Positions 51,946-64,000 of a stretch of DNA of 64,000 bases are shown one piece after another. Each line of letters starts with the position of its first letter. The stretch's first letter is position 1. A model generated the notes under the pieces. It ran no database searches. It was not told where the DNA came from and saw nothing but the letters and a program-made list of their open reading frames with translations. The DNA comes from Octopus bimaculoides (Eukaryota): the NCBI RefSeq assembly GCF_001194135.2, contig NC_068997.1, positions 41,042,897 through 41,106,896 of the forward strand, in the 5' to 3' direction. The translations under genes were made by a program, and so were the position numbers.

Positions 51946-54337
51946 TTTATGTCTACATATGTATATGCTTATGTATACTTATATGTGTGTAACTATATAC
52001 TCCTCTTCATTCTGATGAAGTTTCATCTTTTCAGTTAGCTAATTGCAAGTTCTGATAGATGAGACTTCAGTTTTTGATCTTCAAAGTGAAATTCTCTTGT
52101 AGATTCATTACTGCTGTTACTATTTCCTCTTCTGTATATTACATTTGTCATTCCTACATTGTTGGATAAATTTGTACTTGCAAGGTTTTCTTTAGCATGT
52201 GTATATAAAAGTATATAACAGCCTATTTCTCCATGACGGATATAAAAGTCTTCTATGATGAATATGGTGGGTAGCAGAATACATTTTTGTGTAATTTTGC
52301 ATGATATACATACACATGTATGTACATACATATGCATGCACATATTTGACTGCACTCAGTGTTGATTCACCTGGGTGTGGAGCAAGTTAAATAAAGCATT
52401 TTGCTCAAATACTTATTAAAAAATACATGTACACAATAGCTATTGTCAATGCATTTCACATACATAAAATGAAATAAATATTCTTTAAAAAATAATAATT
52501 ATAGTAATTTACAAAGATGTCTTTGAATCTTTGAGATGTCTTTTCTGTGAATATATTTCTTTCATTCTTTACATATTTGCTAGATTTTTTCTATTTTATT
52601 TTATTTACATAGCACAGAACATAACCTCTAAAAACAATGTTTGGTAAAAATATATACAGTAGCTGAACTGCAATTAGCTTCTCCCTTCTCAAAATTTAAA
52701 GCCAGTAATTCTCCAGCTATTTTATATGCTACTAATTATATCGCTATTCTGGGAAAAATTGAAGTAACTGCTACTTTTTTTTTTCCCATTTTTGTTTTAC
52801 TTGATTCTGTTTTATAACTATTTACTCAACAAATTAATCACATTTCAACATTTATGCTCGTTGATTTGTGCTGCTAGTTTCACAGGAATTGCAATATGTC
52901 ACTTAGTAATATGTAAAAGAATTTTAATTCTCATTTAAGCTGATATTTTAAATAACCGATATTTTCATTGGCACTATCCGTATCTGTTGTTCCTTTTTGA
53001 CTGTTGCCTGTAGGAGATAGTTTCTAATTCAATTCCCTTGTCCCTTTGCATTTTCTAATCCTGGAGTTCAATTTTACCTTAAAATAAAAGGGAAAAAAAG
53101 GTTTATTCAAAAAATTGCTAGGGTTCCTTATTTCTGTAAAATTGCTTTAGACACAGTGTTTTTGTTTGTTGTTTACAAAATGAGATTAATTCTACATCAT
53201 ATAGTTGGCCCATCAAATCAACTCTGCCACTCACTGTTATTAGTTTTATTTATTTTTTATTCTTAATATTTAATTTCTGATATTCACTTACATAACTGAA
53301 ACCATATCATAAGCTGATCTTTAATAAGATTTACAATAATTTTGGTGTTTTCTCTACAGAATCTTACTGAACTAAACCTAGCAATACTTATCCTCCCTGC
53401 ATGCCTATAGATATGGCTTCCTGTAGCAAAGAAGGCTTTTGTTGTTGTTGTTGTTGTAGTGTATAGCTTGTTAATACAGTGGTAGAGCTAATTTTTGAGC
53501 AGCCATTCAATCTTTAAGAGAACTTTTTACCCAATTGACACAACGATTTGTATTCAATTTTACTGCAAAAGAAATTTCTTTGACTATTTCTTTATCAGTT
53601 CAAATTTATTTTTGAGATGTGTTCAACTCTGGAATTTTGTTTTTAGTTGGGTTTTTTTTTCCTTGTATTATTATTATTATTATCATCATTTTCATTATTA
53701 TCATTGTCAAAATAAAGTATAAGTTAAATATGGGGAAGGGGGTTAATATAATCGACTAAACTCTTGTTGCACCTATGGTAGAAACAACAACAGCTTCTAG
53801 TACTTACCACCACCACCACCACCACCACCACTACTATTACTACTACTACTGCTACATTGAAGGGTGACAGAATGACAGCTACATTAGAGCATTGATGATA
53901 TTTAGTTTATTAGATTTCTTGAATTATTTATTATATTCTTCTACTTTGCGTTTAATCGCAACTGTGGTTTGCTTTGTTCCCTCAGGGTCAATTAATCATG
54001 CCATGCTACTTAATAAATTTGTAATCGTCTACCTTTGTGAGAAATTATTATTTAATCAAGAAGGTTAAGGTTGTTTGCACAATTGTACTAAGTTACCTAC
54101 AAAGACTTGAGTCTATTTGATTACAGAGTTTAAATCCTGAGCTTGTTATCTATTCAAAAAGAAGAAAATTACAAGTGATACATTGCTTTGCCTAGAACTT
54201 TCATCTCCTGATAGATTCATAGGAGCATCATTGTGACATATAATATGTTTTGGACTGTTTTAGACCAAGCACAGCTCTGACCAAAACTGATTTCTTCTAG
54301 AAAAACACAAACAGCCATAAAAAAAATTCAACAACTT

Positions 54338-54425
54338 CAGGAAGGATGAAAGGCAAGGTTGACCTCAGCAGTATTTGAACTCAGAGCACAGAGGGCTGGA
54401 ACAAATACTACAAGGCAATCTGATG
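54338..54425 (-). mobile_element. SINE family A fragment in the NAB intron
   Basis: ggaaggatgaaaggcaaggttgacctcagcagtatttgaactcagag. Confidence 0.8.
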
Positions 54426-54802
54426 CTTTAATAATTCCTCTTTCTCTGAAAATTTGTCCTTATGTCAGTTAAGAGTTAGCAAGTGCACTGATAGAATGAA
54501 GTAACTTAAGCCTTTTGTTATTGATTTCATCAGTGAGGAGAGAATGTTCAGAGCTGTTATAATGTTTAACTGATAATTTTTGATATGTTTGCGCGAAGTA
54601 AAAATTGTATTAATTAATTGTGCTATTAAATTATAATCAGTGTGAATCAGGAAATTGTGTTTCCTGTTAATGTTGTATTAAAAACAAGATTTTGTTTTAC
54701 TTTTCTCAAATAACTCAGATTTTTTATTGTTACTCATTTGAAAATTTTGACCCTTTTCTGTTAGTATTGCAAGTTTGTGATTTCACATTTCAAATACAAG
54801 AG

Positions 54803-55135
54803 CAGTGGTTCTTAATTGAGGTTCATTTGACCCCTGAAGGTCCATATAAAATTTGGGTGGGTCCATGCAAGCAGAACTGTGTCCACAACAGTATGTTAAG
54901 GTCCCATGAAAAAATTTGATTTAAATGTATTTATTACAAGAAACAGCTAGGTTTCTTTCTCTAATGTTTTACATAATTCAACCCACACAAGTTAATGTGT
55001 GAAAAACAAAATAGGAATTTTGAAAAAAGCACCTATAAAACTAGTTTTTAAACATCAAATGGTTATGGGGGTTCTCTAGGATGAAATAGTAATCAAAGGG
55101 ATCCATAGATAGAAATGAGTGGGTGAGAACCACTG
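54803..55135. mobile_element. hAT (Charlie-like) MITE
   Basis: TIRs CAGTGGTTCTTAA ... GTGAGAACCACTG. The 8-bp TSD is not clearly preserved. Confidence 0.75.
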
Positions 55136-55704
55136 AGCTAGAATGTGCATGAGTGTGAGTGTGCTTTATAGAATTTTATCTCAAACCTATCTTTACATTG
55201 CTATTCCATATCAAAAGTTATATAGTCATGAAGCCAGTTTTCCAATTAGCGTTCACCTACCCAAACAATTAGCTAATTGATCAATTATATGATTACTGAC
55301 TAAACCTGACACCCAAGGCAGTGGAATTTACTTTGCAACTAAGGTGAAGTATAAATAATGTTTAGAAGCTAAAGAAAGGGTTCTTAGCTGTTATTTTGGA
55401 TACTTTGGCAACAATAATAGCTGAGTTGATGATAATTAATGTGATTGTGGATAGTTGTTTTATTTTGAGATACACTATGAACATAGTTGTGGCTAGAGTT
55501 GAGTACTGTCAAAAATCTGACTAATATAATGAACTGTAAAGGAAGTTTTCGTAGATCAGGAAACAGCTGATACTCCTAACCTAATTCATTTCCAAAACAA
55601 GATTCCAGTGTATATCTCCAGGTTCTGCTGCATAAAACAAACTACAGATATCCCCACTGGATAAGACATTGTTCTGCTGCAGTTTCTGCCACTAAGTTAA
55701 ATTC

Positions 55705-55880
55705 TTCCTAATCCCCGTAACTTAGCTGCTCAGCAAAAGAACTCAATAGAATAAGTACCGGGCTTTAAAACAAAGAAAAAACTAAGCACTGGAGTTGATT
55801 CATTCAACTAAAAATTTTTCAAGGTGGTGCTCCAGCATGGCCATAGTCTAATGACTGAAACAAGTAAAATATAAAAGACA
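55705..55880 (+). mobile_element. SINE family C 3' half
   Basis: atagaataagtaccgggc...ggtggtgctccagcatggccatagtctaatgactgaaacaagtaaaa. Confidence 0.85.
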
Positions 55881-55952
55881 ATATCAACAGTACTGTTTGC
55901 TACAGTGAGTTAAATCACCACTTGTTGCTGCATGGGTACTGGATGTTGAGAA

Positions 55953-56040
55953 TCTAGTGTATTGTGTCTAAACCCTGAGACCCCAAATACTAACTAATGT
56001 TGGTATTTGGGGTCTCAGGGTTTAGCCCTAACACACTAGA
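55953..56040. other. Near-perfect 88-nt hairpin (inverted repeat) in the NAB intron
   Basis: 55968-55990 (ctaaaccctgagaccccaaatac) is the exact reverse complement of 56003-56025. There are 4 further inner pairs around a TAAT loop, and an outer 8-bp stem 55953-55960/56033-56040. Confidence 0.95.
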
Positions 56041-56044
56041 TGTG

Positions 56045-56425
56045 CTTGAGAAGACCTGTTGAGTCAAGTAAAATCATTGTCATGGCCAGTGTCACTGCTG
56101 CCTAACTGGCATCCATGCCAATGGCACGTAAAAAGCAACATTTGAGCATGGCCGATGCCTGTGCCGGTGGCACGTAAAAGCACCATCCAAGCATGGTCGA
56201 TGCCAGTGCTGCCTGACTGACCCCCATGCCGGTGGCACATAAAAAAGCACCTCAGCACTCTCGGAGTGGTTAGCGTTATGAAGGGCATCCAGCTGTAGAA
56301 ACCTTGCCAGATCAGGTTGGAGCCTGGTGCAGCATCCTGGCTTGCCAGTCTTCAGTGAAACCATCCACCCATACCAGCATGGAAAGTGGACATTAGACAA
56401 TGATGGTGGTGGTGGTGGTGGTGAT
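56045..56425 (+). mobile_element. Family B repeat, long copy with an internal triplicated motif
   Basis: (g)ccggtggcacgtaaaaagca occurs 3 times, then cactctcggagtggttagcg...gggcatccagctgtagaaaccttgcc...(TGG)n tail. Confidence 0.88.
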
Positions 56426-57230
56426 GGGGGATTAGTATTATGTATAATAGACTAGTTAAAAAGACCATTTAGCAACAGGCAGTCCAGTATCATGATAAAG
56501 GTGGCTTGTGCTCCTTTCTTAGTGAAGTTATCTTTGCACAATGTCCTATAGCCTGTGGAGATCATTGTTTGTAAACGATAACAAGAACCAAATTTTACTT
56601 TGTAGTGAAACTAGTAATTTGAAATATATCTTGGAAATTACAATTTATATGAATATCTTATAGTTTATTCAGCACTTAGATATTTTTTGTTTTTATTTAT
56701 TTATGTTTCAGATAAAAGTTGAAAATTGTATTTTTCATTAGAAAGTCTCATGTATAATTTAGTTGATTTTAGGAGAATAATCTAATAGAGTCTCAATGTT
56801 TGTAATGAATGAATATTAATCCATTATATTTATGAGTGATAATTTCTTTTTCTGTAATATAATTAAAGAACTTAAATATAATTTTATAACTAGCATTATG
56901 TGGTGAATTCTATTGTTTCTAAACTTCCAAACTTTTAGTGTTGATTCTGATAAAATTTAATGGAAGAATTTTTAAATATGTCTATTCTAATGCATCATAA
57001 TATGTTTTATGTGGTATAGAAATTCTTAACAGTTTTACCAACTTTTCCATTAAACTTTAAACTGTTACTAAATAGGGGACATAGCTGAAATAAATGGAGA
57101 GAAAATTGAGAAGAGTCTTAAATTTTATGGAAATTGGATAAGTAATGTACTTAGAGATGATATTTGATTTGTAATCTCAGAATAAAGGGGAGACCTAACA
57201 AAATTTGGTTCTAATTCAAAATAGCTATCA

Positions 57231-57458
57231 TTAACCCTTTAGCATTTAAACCAGCTATATCTGGTTCAAATATTCTACCTGTTTTAAGTTCAAATTGGCC
57301 AAATCCAGTCTCTCTTACCTACTCTACAATGCCATTCTAGAAATAAACAATCACATCATTGAGATTTCAAAGCTATGAGATGATGCAGGATAAATTCTAA
57401 ACAATGTGAATAAATAAGCATTACATTTGACAGAATAATGTGAATGTGAGAGGGTGAA
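57231..57458. mobile_element. piggyBac-like MITE
   Basis: Starts TTAACCCTTTAGCATTTAAACC and is the reverse complement of 12034-12263. Confidence 0.8.
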
Positions 57459-57772
57459 GGAAACTGCCCCGTGGGATTAGATTATAAGAGATTCAGAATA
57501 AATGGAATTTTGCTATTCTAGCAAACCAATAGTTGAAAAAGTCAATTGTTATATATTCGTAACATCTAAGCAGTTGGTAAGAGACTATCTGCACATTCTT
57601 CCTTTTTCCTTATGATCTATCTATACTCTTGTAATAACTCAGACCTCATGTTTAAATATATAAATGTCATAATCTAGCTTGGTACCAGTTGTTTGCCTGT
57701 TTATATTTTTATTCTATTATACTTGTGTCTGTTCAAACGAAAAATTGCATATAGCCAGTTATCGTTAGGCAG

Positions 57773-57852
<80 letters not shown>

Positions 57853-58189
57853 AGAGTAAAATGAGAAAAATCTATATATATGTATGTATTGGCAAACAAG
57901 TTAAAATTTTAAAAGACATAGTTTTACACACAGGTAGCTGAAATTTTGCATTGAGACACATACACTTTCAAAGAGGGAAATCATAGACTATGTAAGAGTT
58001 TTTTTAATATTAACCAACGGTATTTCTAACAAGAAACAACAAGCAAGAGAAGTCTATGATTACGTGTTCTGAGATGTAGCAGTAACAGGCATATATCTCT
58101 TTTGTTGTTTTTTCCCCCTAATAGTCTCTTACTAATTCTAGTGATTATTCATATATTAGTAACATTCAATATTTTGAAGATTTGCAGTA

Positions 58190-58310
58190 GCTGTGTGACT
58201 GCATATGGCTGATCTGGAGTCCTGAATTTACAACTGACTTTGTGGTGTCTCCCTAAGGCAAGGTACATAACCTTACTCATCTCAGTTTACTCGACTGATA
58301 AAAATGGCTT
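58190..58310 (+). mobile_element. Old SINE with a CORE/Meta-like central domain
   Basis: ccctaaggcaaggtacataaccttactcatctcagtttactcgactgataaaaatgg resembles the conserved SINE central domain ccttgggcaagtcacttaacctc...ctcagtttcctcatctgtaaaatgg. Confidence 0.45.
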
Positions 58311-60635
58311 TCACTCATCCTTCACAGTTGGGCTTATGGATGGAAAGGACAATGTGAAACAACAACAACATTTCCTTATCTTAATTGTGCAGTGCAGTGT
58401 AATTATTGCATTATCTTTCTGTATTTCTAAGTTGAGTGTTTGTTATTACATAGACTGGTTGGCTTAGTTTATGTAGATAACAATGTAAATATTCATGTTG
58501 TGGTTGCAATATGAAAACTACTACTACTACTACTACTATTACTACTACTACTACTACTGATATGTTGAAGGTTTCATTTCAAGATTTCTTCAAGAACATT
58601 TTACTTCTTCGTAGCAATAGAAAAATCTGAAGTTGCCTCATGGCATCTTGAGTGCATACAAAGGGGGGGGGGGGGGGTAAAGAAGAAAAAAAAAGAAAGA
58701 AATGGCTCATTTTTGAAGATTTCTATCTATTTTTCAATGTATTATCTTGGGTACAGTAAGTGTTGGTTTGGAAGTTCTCTTTAAAGTCTTTAGTTCATTA
58801 AGGTTTTTTTTTTTAAGTATTCTAAACTTCAAAAAATAAAATGAAGCCTAAACATATAATTCTATTTCCATTATTCTTGACAGTATTCTCGATGTTACTT
58901 TCCAAAAGCAAAATTTCATAGATGAAGTTCAAGTCTAATTCTCTAATAGTATCTTTTTTTCATTTTTTTTTATATTTTAGTTTAGCATATTTTTGTTTGG
59001 CATTATTGTTTATGTTTTTTTGTCCATCATGCAGTTGGTTCTTACACTGATATTCCACCTATAATATTTTCTTGTGATTTAATCTCTTTAATTTCAGTTC
59101 TCTATATTTTCCTCTATTTAATGTACATGTACTTCAACTGAACCTGGATGTGCTATAAAATACAGCATAAATCTTTCCTAAATAAGACTTTTTTTTTTTA
59201 CAAGCTAAAAGAATATTCTTTTCAAACTGCTTAAATAAAATAAAAACTTTCAATACAAAATATTTGATAAGAGCAAAACACAGAGAAGAAAAAATATATA
59301 GTGAGGGGATTTACTTTTATTTTTTTGTTGTTAATTTAATACTTTTTCTTTAATTCCATTTTTATAACTGTCATTTTATACATTTTATATTCTTTTCAAA
59401 TATTGGTTCGCCAAGTATGGAATATTTTTAACTGCTCATTATCTGTTGGTTTGGTGAGACTCCTCTTTAGACTTCACTAACCTGAAGGCAAATAGCTTGA
59501 ATTAAAATTCACTTTTTAAATAAATAAAAAAAAAAGGAAAAAGTAAAAAAAGAAAACACAGCTTCCACTCTGCATTTCATGCTTCTATGAAATAATAATT
59601 CTATTGAAGTATTTAAAAAGCATATTTTCTCTATCATTGAAATCTTTTGTGTTGTTTTAGAAATAGAATGAAGATATCCACACTTTGAAAGAAAATGAAA
59701 AAGAATTGTCAGCAGAAAAATAACATAAAACTACTGAAAGTGCATGTTCTTTAGATGTAGAGTTCAATACACGTTTTAGTTTGATAACATATAAGTTTGA
59801 TTTTTCTTTAATGTTTTCAAATGTTGTCTTGCAAAAGATATAAAGGCTTAGGTATAGGTTTAGTTTTTATTAATTTACATTTCATATCAGGTGCTTATTT
59901 GCTTCTGTTTCATTTTATTACTAATATTGATAGCAAGTTTTGTTGCAATAGTTTTCTTTTAGAACAGAACTTTTACTTTGTTTTTGTCTTGTTTTTAAAC
60001 TATTCATGTTTTGACTTGAATAAAAAGCTACTAGTGTTGTAGTGAAGTAACTTTACATTAAAAATTCAAACAGTTTTGACAGTACAAAAGATTTTATAAA
60101 TACTGTGAATTATTCTAGAGTCAATATTTAAATAATAAAAGTGTTAAATGTCTAATATCAATAACTGTACTTCTTCCTTTTGTCTCTTTAGAAAAAGAAG
60201 TTATATCATACAATTAGAATTGATATTATTAAATATTTTCTCTTACTATTTTTGAATTTTTTATATATAATTTTTATTTATATTTACTTTTTCTCACTTG
60301 TATAATGTACAAACAAGAAAGCTGTGTGAATATCTAAAAATTAGAAGAAAAAAAATTAAAAACAAAGGGAAAACCTTGCAAAAGCAATGTGAATTTACCA
60401 GTTAGGAAAAAGTTTCAATAAATAATTCAGAATGTTTATTGATCTCCCAATATTCTATTCAGATTGAATCTTATAATCTTTTGATTGTTTTGCCTTTTTT
60501 TTTATCATTTGATTGCTTTCTATTATTTTACATTGTGTTGTAAAACAAACAAAATTATCTCACCATATTTTTTTTTTCTATAACAATCAATTTTTGTCTC
60601 TTAAAAATGATAAGAAGCTTTCTCTCTATTTTCAG

Positions 60636-60773
60636 GAGGAGATGATGTTCAACAATTGTGTGAAGCTGGAGAGGAAGAATTTCTTGAGATTATGGCTCTG
60701 GTAGGCATGGCAAGTAAACCTCTGCATGTTAGACGTTTACAAAAAGCACTCCAAGAGTGGGTAGCAAATCCAG
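60636..60773 (+). CDS. NAB: NAB homolog, next coding exon (rest of NCD1)
   Basis: (G)[45 protein letters not shown](G/x) is near-identical to NAB1/2 NCD1. Acceptor ttttcag|GA; donor CCAG|GTAGGA; 138 nt, phase 1-1, in frame with 49331-49430. Confidence 0.97.
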
Positions 60774-61911
60774 GTAGGAATATTTGCTTTATTCTTGTAG
60801 AGTATTTACTTGGTAATCCATTTAATATCATTCCTCCCCCGGAACTTTAGCTCTTTTATTTGTTTTAATAGAAACAAGATGAAAATAACAGTTGAAAACT
60901 AGATTTTTTATCAGATACTGAAACACTATCAGAGATACTACATGGGAGATATAAGGCATATTCCTTATTTATAATAAACATGTACCTACATGTATTTCAT
61001 AAAGGTCTCTCTATACACAAGCAGATTGAACATCTTTATGAAAAAATTCTAAAACCTTGTTAAATATTATCAACATTTATATATAAATCTTTGCAAACAT
61101 GTTTCATGCTGGTTTTATCAACTGAATCATATTGATCCTTGCTCTGTATAGATCAACCCTATACTCGTCTTATTATTCCTTTTTGAACTCTCATTTTACA
61201 AAACACTCTTCCAAGCAGAAACTCAAAATATTAAAAAAATATATCAACAACTTTTCATTCAGTTATTTTCTTCAGTTTGGCTTGCAGCTGAGTAAACACA
61301 TACACAAGGATACAAAATAGTTTATATTGTTAAAATCTCTACTTGTGGCTTCATATATATCTCAGTGCTGCCTTCCATTCCTCTACTTTTTCTGCTTCAT
61401 GATAGCTTTGGAGCCTACAGCCCCAAAGAAATATAAATACAATAGTAACGTTTTACCATCATCATTTCCATTAGATTGTACTGAAATATCTCTCTCTTAA
61501 AATCCTGCAGAATCTCTGTTCTAATCCATAGTTGCCTTTGTTCTTCAAGTACCCCCATCCATGGTACCCCACACTTTAGTTTGATATTTTGTATTTCCAG
61601 TTTCTGCATATATTATATCTGTAGTTATGTATTTATAAAGATAAAAATTCATTTAACCCACTTTCTAGAGCAATAAATAGAGTCAATATTTTGATGTTTT
61701 ATCAATTTGTGATCTGCCTTCTTGACTTAGAGGCACTGGAGAGCAGACAGGAATTATGATATTTATAATTTTCTCAAGGGTGTTTGAGGTATAAATGAAA
61801 TACAATCACACACATGGTTTATACAGAATTTTATATCTATAGTACGACACACATTATTTCAAATTCTATAAAGGGCCAAAGTATCTCTCAATATTTTCAT
61901 CTGTTCATAGA

Positions 61912-62030
61912 GTGGTGAGCTGGCAGAATCATTAGCATGCAAGGCGAAATGCTAAGTGGTATTTCATCTGTCTTTACATTCTAAGTTCAAATTCCGCCAA
62001 GGTTGACTTTGCCTTTCATCCTTTCAGAGA
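61912..62030 (+). mobile_element. SINE family A 5' half
   Basis: gtggtgagctggcagaatcattagc (A box)...agttcaaattccgccaaggttgactttgcctttcatcctttc. Confidence 0.88.
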
Positions 62031-62604
62031 TGCACGGAGCTTAATGAAAATGTTTTAAATAGTATATATAATGTACTGAGCTGTGATAGAAAATTCAGCA
62101 AAAAAAGTACTCCATCTGGTGATAGATAAATATCATTTATTTAACAGTCACAATACGGGTATTAAAGTGCTACTAATAGTTTCATTGTTCGTTATGATAT
62201 GTGGTTTGCACCTGAAGAATATGTTTGAGTTTTCTCAATGTATGAAACTATTAGTAGCGCTTTAATACACGTATTGTGACCGTTAAATAAATAATATATA
62301 TATTTTAGTCCCTGTCTGCAGATGAGACAATTTATAATTGCTTAAACAAATGTAATTGGATCTTAAAAACGTGGAGATTTTTAATTTACAAATGAAGTAT
62401 ACAAAAGACATGGCTGTGGAATTTTTATATAAGATGGAGTATGTTGATGGAAATTGGAATCATGAATTGGTAGAGATTAAAGTCATAGCAACAAAAGAAG
62501 ACTCAGATTAGACTTCCACAGAAGAGTCATACTCACAGTTATGATGGTATAGATGGTAGCCCTGCTGACCTTAGAAAAGTAGGTGTGTGTGTGGCAGCAG
62601 CAGC

Positions 62605-62640
<36 letters not shown>

Positions 62641-63007
62641 TCAGGTTTGATAACTTTCTTGAAGAAAAGCAGTTTTCTCTGTCTTTTACTTCAGCAAGAA
62701 CCTCAATTGATTTAAATGCTCCATAGTTTTACTACTGTTATTCATTTAATTGTGTATTAAGAGATGACAAGCAGTTTAATCTCAAAACAATAGAATTCCA
62801 TAATAAATACAAGTAAAACTGTTACTTTGCTGGCAAACATTCTTTTTCCTTAAGTTATTAATATTAAATGTTTTCTAATTTTAATACATATAACAGAAAG
62901 CATTATTAGCCTGTAGCACCTATAGACACACCTGCACACATATGTCCATACTTAGAAAATATGTTTGTATGTGTGGTGGGAGTTTGTACGTACAGAGAAA
63001 AAGCGAC

Positions 63008-63110
63008 AGGCTTCTTTCAGTTTCCATCTACTGAATCCTCTGATGAAGCTTTAGTCAGCTTGGGGTTATAATATCAGTAGCTTGCCCATGACGTCACACA
63101 GTGGCACCAT
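63008..63110 (-). mobile_element. SINE family C fragment
   Basis: ggcttctttcagtttccatctac...gctttagtcagc...cttgccca. Confidence 0.7.
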
Positions 63111-63203
63111 AGGTAAGTTTCTTCTGATATATCCCCATGTGACTGAGAAAGGAGTCTCTTTACTATGCAGTCATATCTTCATATACCATGCAACCATACC
63201 TGC

Positions 63204-63260
<57 letters not shown>

Positions 63261-64000
63261 GATATATATATATATATATAATCACGTGCATTTTCATGTT
63301 TTTATTGTTTGTATTTTCTAAGCAGCTCCTCTGTATTTGAGATAACAAGCTATTATCACCTTCCATTCTTGCTGCATTTTTGTTTTCCCAATTAAATATT
63401 TCTGATCCAGAAGTTTCTCCTTGTTTTCTCTGCATATAACACAAATACAATATCTATCATCATCAATCTCAGGTTTTGTGAAATATAACAATCTTCTGTA
63501 TTAACACCTGCTCAAAGTGGAAGCTTTTTCTGGGTTTTTTTTCCCCCTTATATATTTACTCACCATATTCCACTGATTTAGCCATCGTCTAGCCTCTGCA
63601 GTTTTGCAGTTCAAGCTCCAATCTGACAATATTTTTTGGAAGCAATCAGCTAAAAAAACAATGTTAAGTGTTAGGTTTTTAACAATGAATATTACAGAAA
63701 CTTGCATTAGAAGTGGTTTCTAATTCACATATTGAGGTGTTTAAAACCAAGTAAGGAATGGTATGGAGTCTCAATTAAAAATTGAAGATTATTAATTTCA
63801 CCTTAAAATTTTGCGTAATCATACAGATATAAGTAGGAATATTTCAAAACCATTATTCTATAGATTATATCTATGAAATAGAATTCTTTGGTACTTTAAT
63901 ATTCAATTCTTATTATTTTGATGTTCAACACAGAAGTATCCGTTGCAATTTAATTTCAACATTAGGAAATTTTAAAGTTTCTATGCCTTTATTGTAACCA

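Noticed and set aside
58664-58678. Poly-G runs (also near 9070, 16752 and 39910) as G-quadruplexes
   Set aside because: These are simple homopolymers with no further evidence.
62428-62505. Short ORF MEYVDGNWNHELVEIKVIATKEDSD*
   Set aside because: Only 25 codons, bounded by stops, with no recognised homology.
63089-63096. Second perfect CRE (TGACGTCA)
   Set aside because: It lies within a decayed SINE C fragment and is most likely a chance mutation product.
60774-64000. A further NAB coding exon
   Set aside because: The acceptors tested (about 61287, 62319, 63601) give early stops or non-NAB peptides. The next exon is probably beyond the window.

Overview
AT-rich, microsatellite- and SINE-dense eukaryotic draft scaffold with about 12 N-gaps. 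The repeat landscape suggests a cephalopod, probably Octopus (inference). The only securely identified host gene is a + strand NAB (NGFI-A-binding, EGR corepressor) homolog. Two coding exons (49331-49430 and 60636-60773), separated by an 11.2 kb phase-1 intron, encode the NCD1 domain, and the gene continues beyond the window. The rest is mostly decayed mobile DNA: several tRNA-derived SINE families, a DD37D maT element, a mariner, a pogo, hAT/piggyBac/mariner-type MITEs, and Copia, RTE and R4/Dong-type remnants. The most notable unannotated signal is a set of type I hammerhead ribozyme motifs with the short palindromic stem III typical of Penelope-like elements. One has a fully intact catalytic core (10491-10544), and three more form a tandem and inverted cluster (18336-18677). 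Also notable are a near-perfect 88-nt hairpin in the NAB intron, same-orientation SINE arrays nested in (ATT)n tails, and a candidate upstream NAB exon that would add an in-frame lysine-rich N-terminus. All alignments and folds were done by eye, and repeat boundaries are approximate.
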